From: Lingula anatina
Taxonomy: Eukaryota; Animalia; Brachiopoda
DNA: 64,000 bases
Assembly (NCBI GenBank): GCA_051362555.1
Contig: CM120642.1
Span: forward strand, 19,840,001 to 19,904,000
Reading direction: 5' to 3'
Part shown: positions 50,979-62,975 of the stretch, piece after piece
Numbering within the stretch: the first letter of the stretch is position 1
Layout: the number at the start of each line of letters is the position of its first letter
Translations under genes and position numbers: made by a program
Notes under the pieces: generated by a model
Databases searched by the model: none
The model's input: the letters and a program-made list of their open reading frames with translations, nothing else
Told to the model about the DNA's origin: nothing

Positions 50979-51797
50979 CAACAACCCTCAAAAGAGTTAA
51001 GTTATTTCAATTTTGTGTATTATTATAAAATTTGTGCAGGTACAGTAGTTTGTTTAGGCGAACCCTTTCAACACGACGAAAGCTTTCTTTAAAGTTTACC
51101 ATCTACATTTTATGTGTAGTAAAATGCATGGATGGCAATTAGGTGATTCTATTTCAGTGATGGTTTCTATTTTTGAGTCACACTAACTGTCAGCATTTCG
51201 CCACTCGTGGATTAAAAGCAATTTTCGCTCAGAGAACGGTTTATTCAAACGAGCTAGCATAGTTTCAAGGTTGCCGAATAATTAGGAGTGGCGTAGCCTG
51301 CATCTGTGCTGCGTATAGGACCCAATAATTCTACAAACATTTTGTTTTTGTATAATTAGCATATGTCGTACGATTAGTCCTAGGTAGAGGGGACCCGGAT
51401 TTATTTAAAATGTCGTTTCTTTGTAATTCTAGTTAAAATATAATAAAAAAAATTATGCTGGACCGCCAGATGCTGTTTGTCTATTCTTGTGTCCGTCCGT
51501 TCAAAGGAATTGTAAGGATAACTTTATTTCTCCTTCACCGTGAGTTAGAATAAATTATCTATGCTATCACATTCTTATTTTGTCTACTCTGTATGCACAG
51601 CATGTTCTTATAATAAATTCGTAGAGCATCTGGCTCAGTTAATGACTAAACTTACAATATTTGTCAACAGTGTATTTCTAGAAGAATAATTCTCAAAGAA
51701 AAATATTGCACACATGTGCTTCCTCACCGAAAGAATCTGAATTTTGGTATCATGCTAAACTGCAAAATTCACAGTCTATGCTAGAGCAGATGGATAT

Positions 51798-52063
51798 TTA
51801 CCTCCGCCAAGGAGGTTATGTTTTCACCCCTGTTTGTTTGTCTTTCTGTCTTTCTGTCTGTCATCAAAAAGTTATGGATGAATTTCGATCGAATATTCAG
51901 GGTAGGTCAAAAATGGGTTTACTTAGAAGTAGTTTTTGGTGATGATCCGGATCAATAATCAACCAATAATCAATCAATAATAAAAAATTTACAGGTGAAA
52001 CGGCACTGGGTGGAGACTTTGCTGCCTTGGCGGAGGTCTGCGTTCTCGGATTGCTTTTCTAGT
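51798..52063 (+). mobile_element. Helentron-associated / DINE-1-like non-autonomous element (HINE)
   Basis: 5' end TTACCTCCGCCAAGGAGGTTATGTTTTC, then a (TGTT/TCTG)n microsatellite, then 3' inverted CCTTGGCGGAGGT and a ...TTCTAGTT terminus. Related 3' fragments lie at ~43785 and ~53520. Confidence 0.75.
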
Positions 52064-52560
52064 TTTAATTGAAATAGAGACATTTTGTTTAGGATCTTTT
52101 AAAGTGGTGTACTTTTTGAAGCATATGCTTTTTGGTCATCAGGATATTTCATTTGTCCTAATTTATTGGGAATTATAGGTGACAAAGTCCACCGCTATAA
52201 TATTCTCTTGTTTTCAAAACGGTAACTCCGCTTCTTGAAAATGTTCATAATTCTCGTGTACAAACAACGTCGATGAGGATATTGTCTAAGACACAGTGCG
52301 CCGGTATTTTTTTCGTCAAATATCCAAGAAGTATACCCCTTCTTATTTCTCATAAAAATGATTTACAATTAATTCATCATTCCCGTGCATCAAGTTTCCA
52401 ATCACATTTGATAATGACGTATAGCCCTTGCTTTTAGTTCACCTTTCTGCTCCTTGTATCCGAAATTATAAGTACCAGTAAAGTCATAACTCCTTACTTT
52501 CGAACTTATTTGTTTGATAGGTGGAACCATTGCGTTAATTAAGAATAACTTGATTTATTG

Positions 52561-52796
52561 CAGTGGCAGATCCAGGATTACTTGAAGGGGGGTCAGTGGA
52601 TGCAAAGCCGACCACCCAAACTCAGCGTAGGGTTCTTTGGGCCCCGAAAAAAAAAGGTACTTAAGAGGGCGAACGGTGCCCTTTGATTCGCTTCAGAACT
52701 AAGATTCAACTAGTCAAAATTCTAATTTCAAGAGGGGACCAGAATTCAAAGGGTGGGGGGTCAGGACCCCCTCTGACCCCTCTACAGCCGCCACTG
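52561..52796. mobile_element. MITE (CAGTGGC termini family)
   Basis: Termini CAGTGGCAGATCCAGG and CTACAGCCGCCACTG; homologous to 38773-39015. Confidence 0.75.
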
Positions 52797-55210
52797 CACT
52801 GGGTCTGTTTCGTGAATCCACTGAAGTCCAAAACCCATCTTAGTGTGGCTGGTAAGAAATTCAACCAAATTGTATTTCTGAAAGCATTCCAAAAGTTCGT
52901 TTGTCCCATTTTGTTTTTGGTCTTTGAGAATAACTGTAATTGTATCAATTTGAACATGCACAGTATTTCACCTTTGTTGTGGGCCAAATTTCTCACAAAA
53001 CGCAATCGCTTTTACGATTTAGGAATTCTGCTAAGTCCCTGAACTTTTAACGATACTAGATCCTATAAATAACAATCGTTTGTCCAAAAATGCAGCTAGT
53101 TCGCTCGCTACATGGGCAGAGAAGTCGCACTTACACGCTAACAGAGAGAATGTTAACTCCAGTACAGAGTGCCAGTACGGCTTAACGTTTACAGAACTCG
53201 TAAATCAATGTCGTCATGCATGATATGAACAAGATCTGTAACTGCGGTATCAGATGCATCTATGACATTTAAGTTAATGATACAAAGGCGGGTAATAAAT
53301 CAATTAATTTCCCCATGAAGTTAATGGTGGTAAAATTAGGGGACCAAGTAACAAACAGAATTTGGTGGTGATCCATAATGCAATTTACACACTGCAGTAC
53401 CACTTATAATGTTTGTTTGTTCCGTAGCAACTTATGCAAAAAGTTATGGAGGCTTTGTCTAAAAGAGTCAGAAATGGGATAGATCTTGGTAGAGATAAAT
53501 AAGTAATGGGAATTGAGCTGCCTTTGCGGAGGTCAAATTTTCTAAATGACTTCGTTTTGTGCACTATTATTTATTCTATGTAAGATACACATGGGCCTGT
53601 GAACTACGGTAACATGTTAACTGAGGGAATTAAGTTGTGAAAGCTTTTGTTACAAACAATGCCCATCTCGGTTCATTTCGGAACAAGCCTCGTCCCCATG
53701 ACGACGTAAAACCCTCAAGTGGTTTTGTTCTGTGTGTGCTCGTGAGGTTCGTGAGGCTTTGGCGGAGTGCGTCTCTGCCGATGACGGATTCAGAACAGAC
53801 AACTGGAGTGGTTACTCTGATGTTTTATTCTACAGAATTAGAGGCGGCCGGAGCGTCGGCCCTACAGTCGTCTTGGAGTCTCTCCCACTGAGCTCCGTTA
53901 TCTAATTTACAGAATTTCTGAACTCAACTAAAAACTGAACTCACTTAGAAATGAAACCACCTTATATACCTGATTGTGGAGAGAGCTCGTTAAGGTGTCA
54001 TTAGACTTCGATATGTTTGATGTCGCTTTGTCTGTCAAACTATCTAGGACCACTTGGCGTCTCTATGTCTGCAAGACGTTCCTCCCGTTTATACATTCTC
54101 GTTAACCTTAATGATTCTGGTCGTCAAACTGATACTGAGTATTGACTCATATCATTGTGTCCTAAAAGTAAATGACGGTCACTTGTGAGTATCGTTGTCG
54201 TGATTATCCTTTAACGAGCCGCCCCACCACATTCATGAAACAAATACTATTGTTCTCACCTGTACCCTTCTTAACTTCAAAGGCTTATAACAATTGCTCT
54301 TTGTCGGTGGGCTCTTACAAAGATCCACCATATCTAGTCTTTCGTCAGTGAGTTCTGATATGACATTATTAACCCAGATATTCTCAGTGCAATATAGTTT
54401 TCACGTTACAACTCTTCCCTTTCCCCCGAGTAAAAATATTATATATTTTTTACCATATCAGAATATCACTGACAAACAAAGGTTTTACCTTGCTTGATAA
54501 AAGAGCCCTGTTTAGATCGTTCAGTATTCAGGATGGTGTGGCCTGTACACATTATAGGACCATTCCCATAACCCTATCGCATTAACTCGATCAATCTAAC
54601 TCCTCGGTGATTATCGCTAAATTGCATTCAGTTTAAGCCGCTTAAATGTTTGGTACGCCCCCTCGTTACTTGAATGAATTCGTGAAAACTGCGGTCCACG
54701 ATGCTGCTCATGTTGCTTTGCGAGGGGGCGTACCAGACAATTCAGCTGTTTAAACAGAGGGCGCCTTAGCGAGAATCCCCGATGAGAAAGATCGATCCTG
54801 CCTGTATGATAAGGTTATGGGAAGGGAGTCCATTTGACGGCACAAGTACTTTTTCTTCATAGATCGGAAGATTGTTAGTCTGAATCGGGAGGTCGGGAGA
54901 ATTGTCCCCAAATCAGGAGACTCCTGACGAGATCGGGAGTGTTGACAGGTCGTGCAGTAATTATTTTTTGAAAAAGAATTGTCATTATTGTATCCCTTTA
55001 TCTTGCATATAATTCTGTGGTCAACTGACGAATCCTCAGCCCTCAATGCCGCGCGAGTACAATGGGCAGGTAAAAATAGAAAGAGGGATGGATTTATACA
55101 ATGAAAGTGGGTCATGCTAAATTCCCTCTTCTAGTTTTTATAAACTTCCTTATTGAGGCCATAGACTTCATATGTCAAACTACACAGAAATCATATTAAC
55201 GTTTGTCACC

Positions 55211-55557
55211 ATGGGATTGAACGTTATTCAAGTGTTCCTGGTGATTATGTGTTATAAAGAAGTACTCCAGGTGACGGCTGCAGGTACCTGTATGTTGTCA
55301 TTTTTACCCTCGTGTGGGTACGAGTGCATGTTTCATAGAATGAATGTCGTAAAGTAAAAAAGGGAACATCATGGCCACGCTTTCGAAAATTTGATCAGAA
55401 ACACGAATGTTTATGAATTTTGTTAGTATTCACTACCATGAAGGGGTTTCGATAAATATTCGTTTTTAGGTATGTACTACATGTATGTATCGTAATCTAG
55501 AGTACATATACTCCACAGCAGGGGCGGATGCGATGCCGACCCCCCCCCCCTCCCCAA

Positions 55558-55589
<32 letters not shown>

Positions 55590-58500
55590 ACACACACACT
55601 TGGCGTGGAGTTCCGGGCCCGACACCCTGAGCTTCAGAGATGACTTGACACTAACCTCTTCACAATAGCCTATCTTCATCGTGTCAAGTTACCTCTGACC
55701 GCATTCGATTGCCTCCGCCGCCCGCCAATCAAATTTAAAGCCCGCACTCAATGACTCATTGAACGATCTTGCCAATGAACGCGAACGAGTCAAAGCGCGC
55801 TTTGTTCAAATCCGGACCAATCAAAGATAAGGCTGAATATCAGGGACATCATCCCTCAGTAGATAATGATGCAGGGCCTCAAACTGCTCTGGTTTCAATT
55901 CCGATATACTCATATTTTGCAAAGAATCAAGAGATAACTTAACACATTATTTCACGTAGTCACTCGTAGGAGACGCCATGCTTTCTTTGTGTACGGTTAT
56001 GCACTCGGACCTATAGGATGTCTCCGCACTTTGTTGTTAGTATGGAGCTTGCGGAATCAGCCGAGGATTGCCGATTGACGGTCAACCAATCAGCGTTTTC
56101 ACCAAACTTTGGTGAAAAATTTTGAAACTTGGATTCGATTGGCTTATATAAACTAGGTCAAACTATTTTCGTCAGAGGTAACTTGACACGATGAAGATAG
56201 GCTATTGTGAAGAGGTTAGTGTCAAGTTATCTCTGAAGCTCAGGGTGGGGCCCGATGAAAGGCCACGGAAAATTTTCGCATTTTAGAAGGCGTTAGAAGG
56301 CAAACGCTACGAGAAGACGGAACTGCTGGGGTTTTACTATAGAAATGGTACCATGAACAATATGCCAAGATACATGAAAACCCACAGTCAGGGTGGTACG
56401 TCTTACTTTGAGGTGGTGTACACTAAATATCAGTGGGTCATCCAGGAGGGCACGTCGGTAGTCCATGTTCGTTCAGTCCCTACTGCGGTTGACCTGATAG
56501 AGACGGAGTTGTCTTCGCCATGGCAATACTTTAGGAATGGTTGGGTGAACTTCACGGCATGGTTTCATTGTTTTAGTCGAGGTAATATGTCTGCGTAGAT
56601 TGCTGTCAATAATAAGGCTTTTGATCTGACCCTTGTATGGGCATGTAAACGTGTCGCACTTAGTATGCTTTCATAAATACATCTACATTTAAGCCGATCC
56701 GTAAACTTTTTGACGAGTTTCAGTGCTGCACCAGATCAGTTGACAATAAACACGCTCTTGATCACCATACAGTGCATGTATTTTCTGCCCCTTTTGTGAC
56801 CAGCTAAAAGGGAAATTTAGAAGGTTTTATTTGTACAGGTAAATGTCCTATTTTATTGGTGTGTGAAGATATCGTTATTCTTTTACCTTTCAGACATTTC
56901 ACTGCCGTCTCACTTTAACTTAACAGTATATCCTGACCAAACTCCAGCACAAAATTCGTATCAAACATCTACCATCCGACAGTGTCTAGATAAAATTTCA
57001 ACTGGTCAATGTGTAAGCGTCACATGGAAGCCGTATGTTAGCCTTTGTGATTGCTTCACAAGTGCAAATGTATGTGCAATGTCATTGCCGGGACAACTAC
57101 TTTCAAGTGACATCGCTATTCACATTGACACAGCACATTGTCGCCGAGAAGGTAATATCAACTGTTAACGACGCTTGTTAAACAAGAGAGCATTCACATC
57201 GAGAAGACCCGAGGTCTAGCAAGGCTGAGACCTTAATATGGCGGACCTACATGAAATGAAGGCCGCGTAACCCTTTAATGGTCTCTCAATGACATTCATT
57301 TAGGCCTCGGCCTTGCTAGACCACGGCTCTTCTCGATGTGAATGCTCTCTAAAACTCCTCCCACCCCCGAAACACACACACACACACACACACTATACAC
57401 ACTATAGGGGCCTACAGGTAAAATTGGATAACTGTACTTGTTTTATAGCTACTGAATAATTTCTAAGATAATGAAATTATTTAGCCTCAATATTTCGATA
57501 GGTCAGCCGTGTACAAGTCTGGTGTGTGACGACATGTGCATTGTTATTAACCAAAACCAGTTCTGTGGATGCAAAACAGGGCGGCAGTTAACGAATGGAA
57601 GTCACTGTGAAGGTAATCCTCTTATACATCAGCATGCAGAGTATAACATAATTCATTTTCATATTCTAACACAAACCTGTTGAATTGTTGACAGAAGTGG
57701 ACTTCAAAGTAACATGGTAACTGAATGATAAGACAATGCAATTAGGTGTGCATGTTTTCAGATACAGATGAATGTCAGATTGACGCAGACTGCCACGTTC
57801 ACCAAACATGTTTATCAAACGGCAACTGTTACAATACCTGCCTCCAAGGGTACCACCCTGTCTTAGACACAAACTCAGGCGGCAAAACATGCACGAGTAA
57901 GTACTTACTGTAGGTTATACTAGTAGTTGAACTGCACACTTTTAAAGATTTCAAAATACATTACTTTTTATAACAGCACATGGTACATGTACTACAACGG
58001 TGTAGTAATTAGCGTTTTCCTTTAGGAATTATTACAACATGTAACAGGAAAATATACAATGGGTATGAGCACGTGCATACTTGTATTTCATCAAGGTACA
58101 TATCAATAGTTCAGCAGATACTTGATACGTAACTATTGTGCAGTTGCTTTGATCTCCTTCTATAGGCAAATGTGTCGTACCTGGCAATGCCGTGAACGCC
58201 ACACGGGAGCAATCAAATGTGAATTATGTAGATATTGGCGAACATATCGCGTACAATTGTTCATGGAACTTTACCCTGACAGCTGGTAATTTAAAAAGAA
58301 AGTGCACGTTTGACTTCACATGGACTGGAGAGCCTCCAATTTGTTCAGGTAATCTATAAACAATTGGGCAGTTCGCTTCAAAGATTTAAAATTTTTAAAA
58401 CGTTAAAAACAAAGTTCGTTGTAAAACGCTGTGTACCTTTTCTTAGATATTATGAAATAAATTATACCATGAGCCAAATGGACTGTTAAAAATAAAAAAA

Positions 58501-61062
58501 TATGATCTTCATATGATCTACTGTTACCGGACAAAGTCCTTATACTGTTAGGTTCATCACATTATCCCATTACTTTAGAAGAATCCACAACACATTCAAC
58601 GGTTTACTCGTCTACTGGAAATGATACCTTCACAGGTGAGATGAAGCGGGTTTCACGTGACCCTCGGATATTGGGTTTTGTATTTAGACTGTTTCATTTA
58701 TAAAACTTACAGACATTAAGGCAGAGTGATATTCACAATGTTTGTCGTCTTTGATATAACTGTTTTTTTATTGTTTCCCCTAACTAACGTTGTAATGCCT
58801 GAGTTCTGTAGTTCATTTACACTAGCTAGTTAATTAATCTTTTTCGCACTTGTTCAGGTATAACGGGCATCCGTAATACTACCACACCTATACATGGAGG
58901 ATGGTCTACAGAAGAAACTCTATCACCAGGTGAGATTGTATCAAAAAGAGTTTAAAGGTGCATAATTTGCCATTTAAAAATATAACTCAAACGTTATTTA
59001 ACACTAGATAAGCACCCAATTGCAGCAATGTTTGGGTCATCATAGGCTCTTAATCGCCATGCTGAAGAATCCTCCAAAAAATCTTGGATTCAGGTGTTGA
59101 TCTAGATCATTTCCAAAATTTTGACCAATCCTGAAAAAAATCAAAACAAACCTCATCCATAGTTTGTTGACGAACAGAAAAAAGAATCATCTTCAGATTC
59201 AACCAAATCTACATCTGATAATTTTAACTGAAATTAGTCTGGATATGCGCGTTTGAAAGATAAGGTCTATCATGAACTAACATGAAATTAAAACTTTTTT
59301 TTTTCACCGGGAAAGATTAACAGGTCAAAGTCTATGATTTCATTGATTATGATTACCTTGATAAGTAACTTCTTGTGAACACAATACAAACAAAATTTTA
59401 AAACAAGATATTGGATTGTAATTTGGTTAAATACACGTTCTTCATAAGTTTCAGTCATATCCACTGGGATTGGAGTTGGTTGTGGAGCATTTTTACTGAT
59501 TATGCTTGTTATTATAACCGTCTTGTTGTTTTTACAACGGCGCAAACGGTGAGGTTTTATTAAGTCACTGTGAATGGATACTTTTACATCTCTAGAAATA
59601 TTTTAATAAAATTAAAATTAAAATTTTGTGTGATTACTGTGTTTTGTAATACTTTCTGTTTTATATATGTCCTAATCAGTCATTTTGTATCGTTTCTTCT
59701 TAGGCGCTAAATATTCCCCCTAGCAAAAAGAAAAGTGTTATCCCTAAAGCAATGTTTTAAGTGATACAGAAAAAGCATGCCATGAATCAGTGTTAATTAA
59801 TTATTCAACTTCTAGCAGGGTTTTTTTCACAAAATTTTACTGATTTAACAACTAATGAATAAGCTAACCATAGTGAAAGATTTAGTATCATCAGGATTGG
59901 AGGACGAGTCTGTGATTGGAGTCAAAGAGTACCGTAACGTTTGCGGAGTGATGGCGTTCAACATATGGTGCAAAGAAAGTATGAGATCATTTTTGCTTGC
60001 AGGGTTTTCCATTCCTGAGGATACAAATGTACCCCACACATTTGTTATGGATCTGGTTGGCATACAACCAGCCCTCTTTTGTGTGCCGAATTTCTTGTCA
60101 TTATCTTAATTTGTACGCGAGGTAGAAATTACAACTCTTGTAACTGTTATATTGTCTCATCTTATTTATAAACTGCTTTTCAGTTGTTTTCCGCGCCACT
60201 TCTATTCACTTGTCTTTATACCTATTTCAACCTCTAGCTGTCTTCTCCCCGTTTACATCACATTCCTCTGCTTATACTATGAGCACATGTGAATCAATTC
60301 AGTTAGTCTACAAAACTCCACCTGCTTCTAACTCACTTGCGGCCGTCAACTACCAACATTACAGTCGCATTGGCTGTAAGTGGAGTTGCATTATCACGCT
60401 GAAACATGAATGGTTTGGCATGTTCAAAGATATTCTCGAAAGGATTCTTTAATTTCTTATTAGTCCTTGGATGCTTGGCTCTGTGTTAAGGTTTCCGTTG
60501 ACCACTACCAGATCGCCTAAACCAAAGTTGCCAATACACCCAAAACTTTGACGTACAAAAATGATGTTAAAAGGTTAAAAGTTTAGGGCAAAGCCAGGCT
60601 AAACTGCAATCAATTATATGTTCAAAATTTATAATAGTGTGAGCATTTCAATGTAATAATTTGAGATGAAATTGATGACTCAAGGAAAAACGTAAAATAC
60701 GCCGTCTTAAGCCTAGGTCCCAACCGAACGTACGGGCTGCTACGTGTGGTCTACGGCCATAAAAATGCCGCACGTGTGGCGACTTTTGGAGGACGCAAAC
60801 AGCGCGTAGAACCTTTTCGACATGATCAACAGCCGCTACGTGCGATCTCGCTACGTCCTAGCCGGACGCTAGTAACCTGAAAACCGTGCGTCCAAAACGT
60901 AGTAGGGACCTTGGCTTTATCAGGGTTATGGATCCTTTATTTTCAACATTCAGAATCAACAACACATGGGAAATTTGAAATTTACAACACAATTAACAAC
61001 AAAAAAAAGTAACTATGTGTTACATAGTTACTTATTATTATTATTATTATTATTATTTTATT

Positions 61063-61097
<35 letters not shown>

Positions 61098-61866
61098 TTT
61101 TTTTTGGTGTTAATTGTGTTGTAAATTTCAAATTTCAAATTCAAATCTGCCCGACTGCAGATAATCAGATAAGTGGCTGGGACTTGGGAGATGACAATTA
61201 ACGCTGTCGCTCAGCAGCATTAGTAGAGGGAGAGGTGGCAATTAAGGCTGTCACTCATCACCTCAAACGAGGCCAACTCGACTTACTTCCCGTAACCCAG
61301 GTGACTTACGCTAAGCATTGTGGCCTATTGTGTTTACCCTGTAATTATGTTAAATGTGCGATACGTAAGATATAGGGTCGTTTATCCGTATCCGTAATGT
61401 CATCTTCTCTGCACAAAACTGTATATAGGGCTCTTTGTGTAATGTATGTGGGGTGCAATGGTAAATTTAAATCTATGGGTAACCTTGTAGCAATATATGA
61501 GGTAAATGCAATAGGGGTGACATGTTTTGCTAGGGGAGAATACGTGTATTTTGTATGCGAAGGATAACTGTTTAGCTTGACTATGTTTTTTATTCTGCTT
61601 AGTTTGAATTATTTTTCCGTATTTTTATTATTAGAAAAAGAGATATGAAGCCATATGAAAATGTGGACCTCCCAGTATCTCTAGTAACTGATAAGGACTC
61701 CGCTCTCTATCAGCCTGTAACAGAGACAAAAGTGGATGTTGATATGCATCAGTATGCCCGGCTTGGAGAAGAAACTTCCGAACGACAAAACAGTATGGTT
61801 CCTTGCTTTTACGAGAATGTGGAACCAGTTAACATCAACGTCTACATTGTTCCGAACGAGACGTAG
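55211..61866 (+). CDS. Type I single-pass receptor, paralog B (signal, Trp/Tyr-rich domain, PAN-like, EGF x2, Sushi/CCP, S/T stalk, TM, truncated tail); possibly a pseudogene
   Basis: Exons 55211-55283, ~56297-56581 (native acceptor lost), 56894-57151, 57502-57612 (EGF), 57762-57896 (DTDEC EGF-like), 58166-58348 (CCP: CVVPGN..YNC..RKC..WTGEPPIC), 58579-58635, 58858-58929, 59455-59548 (TM) and 61635-61866. All are phase-compatible if the AG at 56295-56296 is used as acceptor. Confidence 0.72.
55623..56247. mobile_element. 625-bp non-autonomous DNA transposon with ~75-bp TIRs and 8-bp TSD (hAT/P-like)
   Basis: The TIR CACCCTGAGCTTCAGAGATGACTTGACACTAACCTCTTCAC...GTTACCTCTGAC is nearly perfectly mirrored at 56171-56247. 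TSD GGGCCCGA at 55615-55622 and 56248-56255. Confidence 0.92.
57185..57350. mobile_element. 166-bp MITE
   Basis: TIR AGAGAGCATTCACATCGAGAAGA / TCTTCTCGATGTGAATGCTCTCT, extending imperfectly to ~45 bp. Absent at the homologous site in paralog A (~28220). Confidence 0.88.
60330..60535 (-). mobile_element. Tc1-like transposase relic
   Basis: The minus strand reads GNFGLGDLVVVNGNLNT and, after a disruption, PFMFQRDNATPLTAN, which matches the Tc1 FxFQQDNAxxHxA motif. Confidence 0.6.
60710..60916. mobile_element. PIF/Harbinger-type MITE
   Basis: Termini AGCCTAGGTCCC and GGGACCTTGGCT, with a TTA TSD on both sides. Confidence 0.75.
60970..61136. repeat. Fold-back palindrome with a microsatellite expansion in one arm
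   Basis: GAAATTTGAAATTTACAACACAATTAACAACAAAAAAAAGTAACTATG is mirrored by CATAGTTACTT-(ATT/ATTT)n-TTTTTTTGGTGTTAATTGTGTTGTAAATTTCAAATTTC. Confidence 0.85.
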
Positions 61867-62236
61867 GCTACACTTCTACGGGGGAGAGGGTACGCTATGG
61901 TTAGCATGACAACTCGGATCAGAAAGGAACTACCGGTTTCTAGAAATGTGTCTTGGTTGACAACGACATCTGTAGTGCACAGTGATTCCTGTGACAGAAA
62001 ATTTCTTTGTGACTCGTACGTATTTCGTATGTATTTGGTCGACGTATACGTGCAATATGGAAAATACAAATTAATACAATGTTTTCTCCGACGCTTATGC
62101 AGTAGAACTTGACCTCTTAACATTGACTAAATGGGGGACAAAGAGGGTGTAACAAAACTTTTCATAAAGAAATTCCCTGAATTTCCCCAAAATTCTGAAA
62201 TGCTGGTTAAAACCCTACGTCTTTATACTTGTGCAT

Positions 62237-62239
<3 letters not shown>

Positions 62240-62297
<58 letters not shown>
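62240..62297. repeat. (TA)n microsatellite
   Basis: Perfect TA run where homology between paralogs A and B ends. Confidence 0.95.
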
Positions 62298-62300
<3 letters not shown>

Positions 62301-62762
62301 TTCTGAAGCAGGCTGCCTACACCAGCAGCCACTCCGCATTATAGAGCAACAGCTTTGTCAGATTCTGCCGGGATATGGTGCCATCTATGTGACTGTATAT
62401 CAGGCAAACAGCCAGTTACTCCTGCTACTACATATATTCATCTAAGTGAATACTCTATACTATAATATTTACCTGTATATGTGTATATGAACATCAGTGT
62501 GTTCATATTTTATCCTTAAGCAAATCTCTCGCATATATACATGTAGTTCATTGTATTAAATAAAGCGTTAATTGTCAATTGGTATGTTTGGATTAATCAA
62601 CAAAAGAGATTCTGCGCATTATCTATATCCACTATAAATATGTAATTATAAGTGCACCATCCATTAAAAACATTTACCCAAATCTTTGCTAGTTTCTGTT
62701 TTGCTAGTACTAATGCGGCAGCAACAAAGTTGATTTAGAGATTTATCAAGAATAATGGGTGC

Positions 62763-62975
62763 TTTCCCAGAGATTTAGATCGATCTAAAGATTAAGTTTT
62801 AGATCGACCTAACTCCCTGGGGGTTCACGCTAAATTGCAGTCAGCCGAGCGGGCACCATAGTTAATTACCCCCTTACAGCTTTTAGTAGGCGGGACAGAC
62901 GCTTAAGCCGGCCAAGCTGACAGTAATCTAGTGAGACTCCCCACAGGGATAGATCGATCTAAAAATCTATGGAAA
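62763..62975. mobile_element. Palindromic MITE-like element
   Basis: Inverted ends TTTCCCAGAGATTTAGATCGATCTA and TAGATCGATCTAAAAATCTATGGAAA, plus inner imperfect arms (CCCTGGGGG..GTCAGC and GCTGAC..CCCCACAGGG). Confidence 0.65.

Noticed and set aside
58026-58095. AG...GT-bounded 70-bp candidate exon in paralog B
   Set aside because: Its length breaks the phase-1 frame between the EGF and CCP exons.
61864-61985. Stop-codon readthrough or recoding of the paralog B tail
   Set aside because: The homologous tail is frameshifted by a 5-bp insertion and holds two more TAG codons, which indicates decay.
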